From: Dehalococcoidia bacterium
GTDB taxonomy: Bacteria; Chloroflexota; Dehalococcoidia; Bin125
NCBI GenBank assembly: GCA_963555985.3
Contig: OY820591.1
Location: 64,001-128,000 of the forward strand
Direction of reading: 5' to 3'
Length of the DNA stretch: 64,000 nucleotides
Notes under the pieces: generated by a model
Told to the model about the DNA's origin: nothing
What the model saw: only the letters and a program-made list of their open reading frames with translations
Database searches by the model: none
In this document: positions 1 to 9,168 of the stretch, piece by piece
How positions within the stretch are numbered: the first letter of the stretch is position 1
Layout: each line of letters begins with the position of its first letter
Position numbers and translations under genes: made by a program

Positions 1-1233
1 CAACTGGCGGGCGCGGGCGGTGCGCTTATCGCGCCGCCCGGAGGTGAAGAGATGCAGCGGCACTTCGCAAACCGTGCTGGCGACGCCGATCAGCTCGGCA
101 ATCGTCGGCGGTTGGCGGGTGGGCTGTTCTGCCTGGTAGTTGAGCAGCACGCGCATCGCGAACTCGACGCTGATCAGGCCGCGGTTGGCGCTCGCGCTCG
201 CTGCCTCCACGCGCATCCGGTTCAGAGCGCCGAGCAGCGCGCGCACGTGCGCGCCGGCCTGTTCGGCGATCAGTTGGGCGGCGTCGTCGGTCAGCGTGAG
301 TTGCATTCGCTGCGCTGCGCGTTGCAGGATCGCCACGCCCAACTCGATGTCCGGCTGCTGGATCTCCGCGACGATACCCGCCTCGCAGCGCGTCGCCAGG
401 CGCTGCGTGAAGCCGTGCAAGCGCCAGGGCGGTTGGTCGGCGCTGAAGACGACCTGGCCGCCGCGATCGATGATGGCGTCCATCACCTGAAAGAGTTCGT
501 CCTGAGTGCTCGATTTCTGGGCCAGCAGCTGCACATCGTCAATGATCAGCGCGTCCGCGGCGTGATACTTGTCCGCGAAGTCGCCTCGGCTGACCTCCTC
601 GCGCACTTTGGCGATGTAGTCCTGCAAGAAGCGCTCGGCGCTGCAATAGACCACGTACAGCCCGCGCGCGAGCGTGACGTGCCCGATCGCCTGCAAGAGA
701 TGCGTCTTGCCTTGACCGGGGTCGGAGTAGATGAAGAGCGGATTGTTGTGTTCGCCGGGCGCTTGCGCCGCGCCGAGCGCGGCGTTGGCCGCGACCCGGT
801 TGGCTTCGCCGATCACGAACTCGTCGAAGGTGTGCGTGCGCCGGAGCGTAGGTCGCGTGTGGTTGGCGGAAGTGTGCGCCGGCTGCGACGCTGGCGAGTG
901 CGTCGCCTCTAGCGCCTGAGCGGTCACTTGCAGGGCGGTCCCGGGGTCGGCGGCGTCGGGTACTGGCCGGATCTGGAACTCGATGTTCATCCGCCGCCCG
1001 GAGACTTCCTGGACGGCGCGCGAGATCACGGAGTAGTAGCTCTGGCGCAAAGTTTCGCGCGTGATTGCCTTGCCAACGGCGACGTAGAGCGCGCCCGAAC
1101 GAATCTCGATCCCCTGGGTCTGAGAGAACCACTGCTGGTAGACCTGCTCGGTCAGGGACTGGCGCAAGCGGGTCAGGGCGCGCTCCCAAATCTGCGGGCC
1201 GCTAAGCCAGTCTGCTGAACGTTGGGTCTCCAT
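1..1233 (-). CDS. dnaA: Chromosomal replication initiator DnaA (3' end runs off the window)
   Basis: Not in the ORF track because it has no stop in the window. Manual translation from ATG 1233: METQRSADW..IWERALTRLR..YQQWF; HTFDEFVIGEANRVA; NPLFIYSDPGQGKTHLLQAIG (Walker A); LIIDDVQLL..TQDELF (Walker B). Confidence 0.93.
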   Translation of the reverse strand, partial: METQRSADWLSGPQIWERALTRLRQSLTEQVYQQWFSQTQGIEIRSGALYVAVGKAITRETLRQSYYSVISRAVQEVSGRRMNIEFQIRPVPDAADPGTALQVTAQALEATHSPASQPAHTSANHTRPTLRRTHTFDEFVIGEANRVAANAALGAAQAPGEHNNPLFIYSDPGQGKTHLLQAIGHVTLARGLYVVYCSAERFLQDYIAKVREEVSRGDFADKYHAADALIIDDVQLLAQKSSTQDELFQVMDAIIDRGGQVVFSADQPPWRLHGFTQRLATRCEAGIVAEIQQPDIELGVAILQRAAQRMQLTLTDDAAQLIAEQAGAHVRALLGALNRMRVEAASASANRGLISVEFAMRVLLNYQAEQPTRQPPTIAELIGVASTVCEVPLHLFTSGRRDKRTARARQL

Positions 1234-1402
1234 CGCTCGCCCCTTGTCGGCCGTCTGCGCGACGCAATGCCGCTTGCGTTCAGCGGCTCACCCTGTCTGT
1301 CGGTGAGCCGCTGCAGGCGCATGCGGCCACATTCGTGGCCGCATCCTGTATCCGACCGGAGGGAGGATGCGGCACTGCTCTCACCCTAGCAAACCCGCCC
1401 GC

Positions 1403-1446
1403 TTATCCACCGCCGCGTCCAGATATTCAGAACAAGGTTATCCACA
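1403..1446. promoter_or_regulatory. DnaA boxes upstream of dnaA (autoregulation or part of oriC)
   Basis: TTATCCACA (perfect) at 1438-1446 and TTATCCACC (1 mismatch) at 1403-1411 in the dnaA/coaX intergenic region. Confidence 0.75.
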
Positions 1447-1604
1447 TATGCAAGGAGTGCCGGCCAGCCGCCCCGGACGACTGCTGAGCGCCCCGGGCGC
1501 GTTGCCCAAGCTGCGCCGAATAGAATGACGGCGACCCCGCCGAAGTCACGGCGCGCCAAGCGGCGCGGCGCACTGCCAATCACCTTAGCGCAGGAGGCTT
1601 CCCG

Positions 1605-2381
1605 ATGCTGATCGCCATCGACATCGGCAACACCACTCTCCAGGTCGGCGTCTTCGACGATCGTCGAATCGTCCATACCTGGCGTCTGGCGACCGACCAC
1701 AAACGCTTGGCCGACGAGTACGGCATCCTCGTCGCATCGTTGCTGCGCTCCGAGGGCATCCAGCGCGAACGGATCGACGGCGCGATCATCTCCTCGGTGG
1801 TGCCCGCGCTCGCGCCCGTCTTCCAGGAGGTCTGCCGCAAGTTTCTGCATACCGAGCCGCTGCTCGTCAGCCCGCACATGCGCAAATCGGTCCGAATCGC
1901 GATCGAGCACACCGAAGAGTTGGGCGCGGACCGGATCGTGGACGCGGTCGCAGCGATGGCGCGCTACGGCCCGCCGCCCCTGATCGTGGTCGATTTCGGT
2001 ACCGCCACCGTCTTCGACGCCATCAACGAGCACGGTGTCTATGTCGGCGGCGCGATCTCGCCCGGGATTGGGATTTCGACCGACGCGCTCTTCGCCCGCG
2101 CCGCGCGGTTAGCCCGGATCGATCTCGAGCGGCCGCCGCACGCGATCGGCACGCGCACTGAGACCGCGCTGCAATCCGGCATCCTCTTTGGGTATGTGGG
2201 TTTGGTCGAGGGCATCATCGCCCGCTTCCGCGATGAACTCGGCGGCGGGCGCGTGATCGCTACCGGCGGCTGGGCCCCGCGCATCGCCAAGGAGACCGAT
2301 GTGCTCGATGTGGTCGATGAAGACCTCATCCTCTGGGGTCTGCGGGAGCTGTACTTCCTCAATGCCGAAGGCCACCCATGA
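1605..2381 (+). CDS. coaX: Type III pantothenate kinase
   Basis: IAIDIGNT, LGADR, VVDFGTAT, GGAISPG, IATGG motifs; coupled to coaBC. Confidence 0.96.
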   Translation: MLIAIDIGNTTLQVGVFDDRRIVHTWRLATDHKRLADEYGILVASLLRSEGIQRERIDGAIISSVVPALAPVFQEVCRKFLHTEPLLVSPHMRKSVRIAIEHTEELGADRIVDAVAAMARYGPPPLIVVDFGTATVFDAINEHGVYVGGAISPGIGISTDALFARAARLARIDLERPPHAIGTRTETALQSGILFGYVGLVEGIIARFRDELGGGRVIATGGWAPRIAKETDVLDVVDEDLILWGLRELYFLNAEGHP

Positions 2382-3622
2382 CCACTCAAGAAACTGCACC
2401 GACGCCGCAACCGCTGGCCGGACGCCGAATCACGCTCGGCGTGACCGGCTCGATTTCCGCCTACAAGTCGGTCGAGATCGCCCGCCGCCTCGAGGACGCC
2501 GGCGCAGTCGTTGATGTCGCGCTCACGCCCAGCGCGGCCCGCTTCATCCCCCCGCTCACCTTCCGCAGTCTCGTCCACGGCGAAGTTGCCGCCGATCTCT
2601 GGGATCCTGCCGCACCCGCCGAGCAGCACGTGGCGATGGGCAGACGGGCGGATGCGGTCGTGGTCGCGCCCGCGTCCGCTACCACGATCGCCAAGCTCGC
2701 CTACGGGATCGGCGACAACCCGGTCACGCTGACAGCACTGGCGAGCGCTGCTCCGCTGGTGGTCGCGCCGGCGATGGACGCGGTGATGTTCGCGCAGCCG
2801 TCGGTACAGGCCAATCTGGAACTGCTCAAGGCGCGCGGCGTCGCGATTGCCGGGCCCGCCGAGGGCAGACTCGCCTCCGGTGCACGCGGACTGGGGCGAC
2901 TGCTGGAGCCGATCCAGATCGCCGCCGCCGCTCGCAGCGCCATTGGCCGGGCGCAGGGCCCGCTGCGCGGGCGGCACGTTCTGGTCACCGCCGGCGGGAC
3001 GCGGGAGCCGATTGATCCAGTCCGCTACGTCGGCAACCGCTCCAGCGGCAAGATGGGTTTCGCGGTCGCGGAGGCGGCTCGGGATCGGGGCGCGGCGGTC
3101 ACGTTGATCACGACTCAGCCGCCGCCGGATGGGATGTACGGCGTGGTCGTGCGCCGGGTGGAGACGGCGCTGGAGATGCAGGAGCGGATTCAGCAGGCGG
3201 CGCGGGGCGCGGACGCGCTGATCATGGCGGCCGCGGTCGCCGACTACCGGCCGACCGAAGCGGCGGAATCGAAGCTCAAGAAGCAGGACGCCGACGAGGC
3301 GGGTATGACGCTCGAACTGGTCGAGAACCCCGATGTGATCGCTTCGATTGAGGCTCCGCTGCTCAAAGTCGGCTTCGCCGCCGAAACCGACGACCTGGTT
3401 GCTAACGCGCAGGCCAAGATTGAGAAGAAGGGATTGGCGTTCATCGTTGCGAATGACGTGTCGCAGCCGGACGCGGGCTTCCAGGTCGATACGAACCGGA
3501 TCGTGCTGCTGGATGCGGAGGGCGGGATTGAGCGTTTGCCGCTGCTGCACAAGTACGATGCGGCGGCTGCGATTCTGGAGCGGCTGATGGGCGATCCAGG
3601 TTGGCGCAAACGCCGCGACTGA
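2378..3622 (+). CDS. coaBC: Bifunctional phosphopantothenoylcysteine decarboxylase/ligase
   Basis: GVTGSISAYK, APAM, VTAGGTREPIDPVRYVGNRSSGKMG, AAVADY, VGFAAET motifs. Confidence 0.97.
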   Translation: MTTQETAPTPQPLAGRRITLGVTGSISAYKSVEIARRLEDAGAVVDVALTPSAARFIPPLTFRSLVHGEVAADLWDPAAPAEQHVAMGRRADAVVVAPASATTIAKLAYGIGDNPVTLTALASAAPLVVAPAMDAVMFAQPSVQANLELLKARGVAIAGPAEGRLASGARGLGRLLEPIQIAAAARSAIGRAQGPLRGRHVLVTAGGTREPIDPVRYVGNRSSGKMGFAVAEAARDRGAAVTLITTQPPPDGMYGVVVRRVETALEMQERIQQAARGADALIMAAAVADYRPTEAAESKLKKQDADEAGMTLELVENPDVIASIEAPLLKVGFAAETDDLVANAQAKIEKKGLAFIVANDVSQPDAGFQVDTNRIVLLDAEGGIERLPLLHKYDAAAAILERLMGDPGWRKRRD

Positions 3623-3636
3623 GTTGCTCTCGCCTT

Positions 3637-3668
3637 CGTCATTGCCGCGACGGAGCGAGGCAATGACG
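3637..3668. repeat. CGTC-tagged palindrome (family B)
   Basis: CGTCATTGCC-N12-GGCAATGACG just after the coaBC stop; related to copies at 14528 and 23918. Confidence 0.7.
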
Positions 3669-3751
3669 GAGTTCTTGCGGGAGCGATCGCAGCGTGGGCG
3701 GTTATTCTGGGGGCCGGCTCCGCTCAGGGTCAGAGAGTGAGGGATGGCGCC

Positions 3752-4138
3752 ATGAATGAGGCGGCGACGCGCTACCGCGACCAGGGGCATGTGTATTTGG
3801 CCCAGGCGAGGGAGGAGTTCGCGCGCGAGGACCTGATGCAGGCCTCCGAGAAGGCTTGGGGGGCGGCGGCGCAATTGGTCAAGGCGGCGGCGGCGGATCG
3901 GGGATGGAGGCACGGTCGCCATGCGACGCTCTATCAGGTTGTGCGACAACTAGTGGAGGAGACCGGGGTTGACGCGCTCAGGCTGGAGTTCGCGGTCGCC
4001 GGAGAGTTGCACGCCAATTTCTACGAGGGGTTCCTCGCGCCGGCAGTAGTCGAGGACTACTTGCAAGATGTGGCCCGCTTCGTCGAGCGGGTCGAGGGAT
4101 TGCTCAACGGTACCTCCGACAACGGAGCGGGAGACTAG
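3752..4138 (+). CDS. PaREP1-family HEPN-like protein
   Basis: QASEKAWGAAAQLVKA..H..LHANFYEG signature. Confidence 0.8.
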   Translation: MNEAATRYRDQGHVYLAQAREEFAREDLMQASEKAWGAAAQLVKAAAADRGWRHGRHATLYQVVRQLVEETGVDALRLEFAVAGELHANFYEGFLAPAVVEDYLQDVARFVERVEGLLNGTSDNGAGD

Positions 4139-4476
4139 AGATCGATATCGATCTCCTCCTTGAGCGGTGTCTTGCCTTCGGGGAGGGTGAAGAAGTTGCA
4201 GAAACAGGCGCCCTCGAAGTCGACCAGGCCGTTGAGCACCGGTTCGCAGACGCAGATCGTGTCGTCGTTGTTGGCGGGTTGGCAGGGGCAGTAGAACTTG
4301 CCGAAGCGCAGGCGCATGTTGACGAAGTCGTTGATCGTCTGGTCGGCGTTCATGAGGATGTAGCCGCGCTCTTCGCAGAACTGGTCGGCCAGTTCGGTCA
4401 TTTCGGCGCGGTACTGCTCGCGCAGCGCCCGTTCTTCCTCTTCCGGCAGATCGGTCAGGCGCTCAAACTCGCTCAT
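4135..4476 (-). CDS. Ferredoxin-thioredoxin reductase catalytic subunit-like protein
   Basis: GKFYCPC..ICVC..GACFCNFF three-CxC pattern; overlaps the pepA stop. Confidence 0.8.
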   Translation of the reverse strand: MSEFERLTDLPEEEERALREQYRAEMTELADQFCEERGYILMNADQTINDFVNMRLRFGKFYCPCQPANNDDTICVCEPVLNGLVDFEGACFCNFFTLPEGKTPLKEEIDIDL

Positions 4477-5984
4477 GATCCGTTCCCTTCAGCTTGGGCG
4501 GCGACGCGGCCTTCGGCAAACCGTACCAGCGAGCGTACCGGTACGCCGGTCGCGCCCTTGACTTGGGTGCCGCGCACTTTGCTTGCGTCGTCGGTGCCGG
4601 CCATGTCGAGGTGGGCCCAGGGCGTGTCTCCGGCGAAGCGGGCGAGGAACTTGGCGGCGGTGATCGCGCCCGCCAGGCGGCCGCCGGTGTTCTTGATGTC
4701 GGCGACCTGGCTGCGAATCTGCTCGTCGTATTCGCCGAACATGGGGAGCTGCCAGATCTTCTCGCCGGCGCGCTTGCCGGCCGCGATCACCTCGGCCGCC
4801 AGGTCGTCGTCGTTGACCATCAGGCCGGTGGCGACATCGCCGAGCGCGACCGCGCAGGCTCCGGTCAGCGTGGCCACGTCGATCAGTGGCGAGAGGCCCA
4901 GGTGGTTGGCGTAGGAGAGGGCGTCGGCCAGCACGAGGCGGCCTTCGGCGTCGGTGTTGATCACCTCGATCGTGGTGCCGTTCATCGCGGTCAGCACGTC
5001 GCCGGGCTTGATCGCGTTGCCGCCGGGCATGTTCTCGGTGCAAGGCGCGAGCGCGGTCACGTTGATCGGCAGGCCCAGGTCGGCGATCGCGCCCATCGCC
5101 GCCACGACTGCGGCTGCGCCGGACATGTCTTGCTTCATCGCCTCCATGTTTGCGGCGGGCTTGATTGAAATGCCGCCGGTGTCGAAGGTGATGCCCTTGC
5201 CGCAATAGCCCAGCCCCGGCTCGGAGCCGCCGCCGCGATGGCGCAGGATCAGGAACTTGGCGGGCTGGTGCGAACCCTTGGCTACGCCCAGGAATGAACC
5301 CATGCCCAGCTCCGCCGCCGCCGCCTCGTCGAGGACCTCGATCTCGATCCCGTGATCGCCGGCCCAAGCCTCGGCGCGAGCGGCGAGTTCCGTGGGGGTA
5401 AGCACGTTGGAGGGTTCGTTAGCCAGATCGCGGGCGAAGTTGGCCGCTTCTGCGAGTGCGCGCCCGTGCGCGATCCCCGCCTCGACAGCGGCCACGCTGG
5501 GACTGTGCAGCGAGGCGCGCTCCAGCACATTTGGCGATTGCTCCGGCGTCTGATGGCGGTCGAAGCGGTAGAGGCCCAGCAGCAGGCCCTCGGTGATTGC
5601 GCCTGCGATCTCCTCCGCGGTCAACCCGCATTCCTCGCCGTCGACCGCGATGGCGAGCGAGCCGGAGGCCATTCCCCGCGCTCGGCGCGCGCCGGTCGCG
5701 GCGGCGTTGCGGATCTCGTCCAGCCCCATCTTCTCCGCCGGGCCCAGCCCCGCGATCACCGCGCGCGAGGCTGTTGTCCGGCCCAGCGTGTGCACGACGA
5801 CCGCTTCGCCGGCCTTGCCGGAGAGTTCGCCCGAAGCCGCCAGCGGCGCTAAGCCGCCGTCCAGCGCTTCGTTCAGGGCGCGGACCGCGCCTCCGTCGAG
5901 GATGTCGTCGCCTTTGGTGGCGAATACCAGCAGGTGGTCGGCCGCCGCCTCAATTGCGGGCGCGGCGCTCGCGGTGATCTCCAT
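4473..5984 (-). CDS. pepA: Leucyl aminopeptidase (M17)
   Basis: GKGITFDTGGISIK, MKQDMSG, NTDAEGRLVLAD, WAHLD motifs. Confidence 0.97.
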   Translation of the reverse strand: MEITASAAPAIEAAADHLLVFATKGDDILDGGAVRALNEALDGGLAPLAASGELSGKAGEAVVVHTLGRTTASRAVIAGLGPAEKMGLDEIRNAAATGARRARGMASGSLAIAVDGEECGLTAEEIAGAITEGLLLGLYRFDRHQTPEQSPNVLERASLHSPSVAAVEAGIAHGRALAEAANFARDLANEPSNVLTPTELAARAEAWAGDHGIEIEVLDEAAAAELGMGSFLGVAKGSHQPAKFLILRHRGGGSEPGLGYCGKGITFDTGGISIKPAANMEAMKQDMSGAAAVVAAMGAIADLGLPINVTALAPCTENMPGGNAIKPGDVLTAMNGTTIEVINTDAEGRLVLADALSYANHLGLSPLIDVATLTGACAVALGDVATGLMVNDDDLAAEVIAAGKRAGEKIWQLPMFGEYDEQIRSQVADIKNTGGRLAGAITAAKFLARFAGDTPWAHLDMAGTDDASKVRGTQVKGATGVPVRSLVRFAEGRVAAQAEGNGS

Positions 5985-6157
5985 GTCGTCCCTGTTTCCA
6001 GCGCAGGCGCTTGTGCTCGATGATGATCCTACAGAACGGCTGGGTTGGCGTGGAGGGAGAGGGGAAAGGCACGGTAGGGACTGGACGGTCGCGGTTTGCG
6101 GCCTGACGGGGGCTGTAAGAAAAAAACGAGGTGGGGTCGCCGCTTGCAGTCGGGGGA

Positions 6158-6514
6158 TTACTGCGGCTCTTCCTCTTCCTCGAGGCTGTCGTCGTCGTCC
6201 GGCAGGGGCACGTCTTCGCCGCGCATGAGGGCGACGGCGATGGCGTGGGGATGGAGGTGGAGTTCTTTCTTCTGCTCGGGAGTGAGCGGAGCTTCGGGGA
6301 GTCTGGGGGAGTGGTTGGCTCGGGGTTTGGGCGCGGGTTCGGGGTGGGGTTCGAGGTCGAGCGCGTGGTGGATCTCGCGGCTCTTGGCGTTGGAGGGGGA
6401 GAGTTCGCGGACGAGGAGGGCGAGCGCTTTGATGCGGACGTGGCCGGCTTCGTTGGAGTGGGCGATTTGGCCGACGCCGGTCATGCTGGACTGGTAGGTG
6501 TAGTCGAAGGGCAT
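6158..6514 (-). CDS. 118-aa acidic-tailed hypothetical protein, paralog of 43040..43396 (putative small-terminase-like partner)
   Basis: MPFDYTYQSSMTGVGQIA..RELSPSNAKSREIHHAL..LPEAPLT..ALMRGEDVPL aligns end to end with 43040..43396; AAGGA RBS-like site upstream. Confidence 0.8.
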   Translation of the reverse strand: MPFDYTYQSSMTGVGQIAHSNEAGHVRIKALALLVRELSPSNAKSREIHHALDLEPHPEPAPKPRANHSPRLPEAPLTPEQKKELHLHPHAIAVALMRGEDVPLPDDDDSLEEEEEPQ

Positions 6515-6633
6515 GGCGGGGTGTTCCTTTCTTGGGGAATGAAGGACTCTTGAGCTTATCTGGATGGATGTTCGGATTGCAAGTTGGTTGGATGTGTTGT
6601 GGTTGTCGTTGGGGGGTTGGGTGCTGGTCACGG

Positions 6634-6750
6634 CGAGATACCCGCGACGGGGCGCGGGTATGACGGAGCTTTTTGGGAATGACGGAGTTCTGGGCGCGGG
6701 CATGACGGAGCCTTTTGGGAATGACAGAGGGGGCGCGGGAATGAGAGGGC
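6634..6750. repeat. Array of CGTC-type palindrome halves (family B) upstream of the small ORF
   Basis: CGAGATACCCGCGACGGGGCGCGGGTATGACG followed by repeated ..ATGACGGAG units; homologous to 42625-42745. Confidence 0.75.
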
Positions 6751-6790
6751 GAGGGTTGGGATGGCAGACTTTAGCGGGGAGGGCGGGCTG

Positions 6791-7522
6791 ATGCGTGCGT
6801 TTTTGCGTGAGCTCGTGGCTGTTGGGGCGGCGGGGCTGCTTTATTTTCTTGTGCGCGGGGCTGTTGTTGATCGTATTGAGGAGGCGTTTCAGCGGGGGCG
6901 GGACATTCTTGAGCTTGAGCGACGGCTGGGTCTCGATTGGGAACTGGCGATCCATGAGCTGATCTTGCACTCGCCGGGGCTGATTGATTTGGCGAACGGG
7001 ACGTATTTCTGGGGGCATATGCCGCTGCTGATCGTGCTGGCAGTCTGGCTCTGGCGGAGCCAGCGCCCGATCTGGCGGGTGTTTCGCAATGCGCTGCTGA
7101 TCTCGGCGGTGGCGGGGATGGTTTCGTACTTTCTCTTTCCGACCGCTCCGCCTCGGCTGATGCCGGAGCTTGGCTACGTGGACACGCTCGCGCTGCGGGC
7201 GGCTCCGGCGTATCAGGCGCAGGAGGTGGGGTTGTTCGTTAATCCCTATGCGGCGCTGCCGAGTCTGCATGTGGGCTGGGCGCTGCTGGCGGGGATCGCC
7301 TGTTGGCAGGCCGGACGGCGATCTTTGGGCGCGACGGCCTGGGTTTGGTACGTCCTGGCGCTGCTGATTCCGTTTTCGCAGAGTTGGGCGGTGGTGGCGA
7401 CGGCCAATCACTGGACGTTGGATGCGTTTGCGGGGATCGCGGTCTGCGCGATTGCCTGGTCGATCGTGATCCTGGCGAATAGGCTGAGTTTCAGATCGCC
7501 CGTCCAATTCAAGAGGAGTTGA
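6791..7522 (+). CDS. PAP2-family membrane phosphatase/phosphotransferase (AUR1/IPC-synthase-like)
   Basis: FPTAPPRL, NPYAALPSLHVGW, VATANHWTLDA; several hydrophobic segments. Confidence 0.88.
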   Translation: MRAFLRELVAVGAAGLLYFLVRGAVVDRIEEAFQRGRDILELERRLGLDWELAIHELILHSPGLIDLANGTYFWGHMPLLIVLAVWLWRSQRPIWRVFRNALLISAVAGMVSYFLFPTAPPRLMPELGYVDTLALRAAPAYQAQEVGLFVNPYAALPSLHVGWALLAGIACWQAGRRSLGATAWVWYVLALLIPFSQSWAVVATANHWTLDAFAGIAVCAIAWSIVILANRLSFRSPVQFKRS

Positions 7523-7524
7523 CG

Positions 7525-7839
7525 ATGCTCGTCGTGACCACGCCAACGGTGCCGAACCGCGAGATTTACGAGGTGCTTGGGATCGTGAGCGCGAACAGCG
7601 TGCGCTCGCGGAACGTAGGGCGCGACATCGTCGCCGGCCTCAAGAGCCTGATCGGGGGCGAAGTGCATACCTACACGAGGCTGATGACGGAGACGCGGGA
7701 GCAGGTGCTGGAAAAGCTGGAGGCCTCCGCCGAGCGGATGGGGGCGGACGCGATCGTGGGCGCGCGGATGATGACGTCGGATATCGGCCAGAATATGGCT
7801 GAGGTCTACATGTACGGCACGGCGGTGAAGCTGAGGTAG
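7525..7839 (+). CDS. YbjQ/UPF0145 family protein
   Basis: RNVGRDIVAGLKSLIGGE..GADAIVG..YGTAVK; alternative start TTG 7519. Confidence 0.92.
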   Translation: MLVVTTPTVPNREIYEVLGIVSANSVRSRNVGRDIVAGLKSLIGGEVHTYTRLMTETREQVLEKLEASAERMGADAIVGARMMTSDIGQNMAEVYMYGTAVKLR

Positions 7840-7842
7840 GGG

Positions 7843-8142
7843 TTAGCGCCGGGGGTAGGAGGGCGGGTCGATTCCCTTGTAGGCGATGTCGCGCGGCAAG
7901 ATGCGAGTCACGCTGATAGTTCGACTGCCCTGTTGATTGGCGAAGATCAGGCGATAGCCGTTAATCCGCCGGCGAAAGAGATCGGGGTTGTTGTCCAGTT
8001 GAATCGTGCCCGGCCCAAATGGGTTACGGCGGAGTTCGCGCAAACATTCGTTCACAACGCGCCGAAGTCGCAGTGACAGTTCCGCCCGCTGGCGTTGAGC
8101 AGCCGGTTGCAGCCGAACCTGGTAGTTCAACGACGGAGGCAC
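7843..8142 (-). CDS. RelE/ParE-family toxin
   Basis: YQVRLQPAAQRQ..LRRNPF..FRRRINGYRLIF..VTRILPR pattern; about 100 aa and basic. Confidence 0.7.
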   Translation of the reverse strand: MPPSLNYQVRLQPAAQRQRAELSLRLRRVVNECLRELRRNPFGPGTIQLDNNPDLFRRRINGYRLIFANQQGSRTISVTRILPRDIAYKGIDPPSYPRR

Positions 8143-8145
8143 TGG

Positions 8146-8607
8146 CTAGTCGACAAACTCATCGGGGCAGAGCTGTTCCAGCTCCTCAAGCGAGACTGCG
8201 GCTTTTTCGTCGGGGTCCCACTCGTAGCGGATGTAGTGAATGTCGTCCCAATCTTCCGCGGGCGTGAATACGTAGCTGTACGGCGTTCCCTTTGGCGAAA
8301 GCCGAAACGGCGGCGGCTCCGTCGCGAGCCCGAGCGCCTGATCCCAGCGCCCGTTTGGAGATCGAATTCGGATTCGCTGGATGTACACGTCATCGGGCAC
8401 ACGACTGGCGGGCTCGTCGTCTTCGCGGAAGGTGGCGAAGTCGAAGTCGTGCATGGCGTCATCGGCCAGATGCTCGTCTTGCAGGTGCTCCGCTTCATCC
8501 ATGCGGGCGCGCAGCCAAGCGACCGGATCGTCTCCGGCCTCCGCCCGCAGGCGCGCGCACTCGCTGCGCAGCCACTCCTGCTGATTCTGCTCTTCCTGAG
8601 CGACCAC
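8146..8607 (-). CDS. Acidic hypothetical protein, putative antitoxin of the downstream RelE
   Basis: Ends 3 bp before the toxin; very acidic; C-terminal AVSLEELEQL resembles antitoxin xxxWEEL helices. Confidence 0.55.
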   Translation of the reverse strand: MVAQEEQNQQEWLRSECARLRAEAGDDPVAWLRARMDEAEHLQDEHLADDAMHDFDFATFREDDEPASRVPDDVYIQRIRIRSPNGRWDQALGLATEPPPFRLSPKGTPYSYVFTPAEDWDDIHYIRYEWDPDEKAAVSLEELEQLCPDEFVD

Positions 8608-8618
8608 CAGCGCACTCC

Positions 8619-8963
8619 TCAGTTGTGGTGCTGGAAGATTGGGAGCGGGGCGAGGGGGGCGTAGATCTCGACGGAGAGCTCGTAGACCTGCTCGGCCCAG
8701 CGATCCCAGTCCTGTCTCGCGGCCCGCGCTTCTTCGGACGAGAACGCCTGCTGCACGGCTGACTCGTTCTCGAACATGTAGCCCATCAGGTGGGCTCCGG
8801 CGATCGGGTCTGCGGAGCGGACGCGGAAGGCGGAGACGATGCCCGGGATTTCAAGTACGTGGGGGAGATGGGTCTGGCGATGCCAGCGCTCGAACTCTTC
8901 GAGCACGGAGGGATCGATCCGGGCGCGGACGATCATGATTGGGTGGCGTTGCAATGGCGTCAC
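8619..8963 (-). CDS. EthD/DUF4286-like dimeric alpha-beta barrel protein
   Basis: EEFERWHRQTHLPHVLEIPGIVSAFR pattern. Confidence 0.65.
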   Translation of the reverse strand: MTPLQRHPIMIVRARIDPSVLEEFERWHRQTHLPHVLEIPGIVSAFRVRSADPIAGAHLMGYMFENESAVQQAFSSEEARAARQDWDRWAEQVYELSVEIYAPLAPLPIFQHHN

Positions 8964-9168
8964 CTACACAGTCTCGCACTTCCGGCCCATAGACGGGAGC
9001 GGCGCGGCTGTCCGGGGTGTGCGTAATCCACTTTGCGCTGACTTGTTCCGGTTCGCCCTCAGCGGCTGCGCTCTGATAGTGTGATTGCGTCGCGCAGCGG
9101 GTACAGCGCCGACATCCGGTGGGGGGACAGACAGGAATCCCCAACCGCACCGCAGCCGGTGGGAAGCA

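Noticed and set aside
52-912. 286-aa + strand ORF
   Set aside because: Antisense shadow of dnaA, which has clear motifs on the minus strand.
6634-6750. Repeat arrays as a possible CRISPR
   Set aside because: No constant repeat with unique equal-length spacers and no cas genes; they are palindromic REP-type repeats. The same applies to 13164-13240.
6515-7546. N-terminal extension of ORF 6158..7546
   Set aside because: Runs antisense through the PAP2 gene and repeats; the paralog and RBS place the start at 6514.
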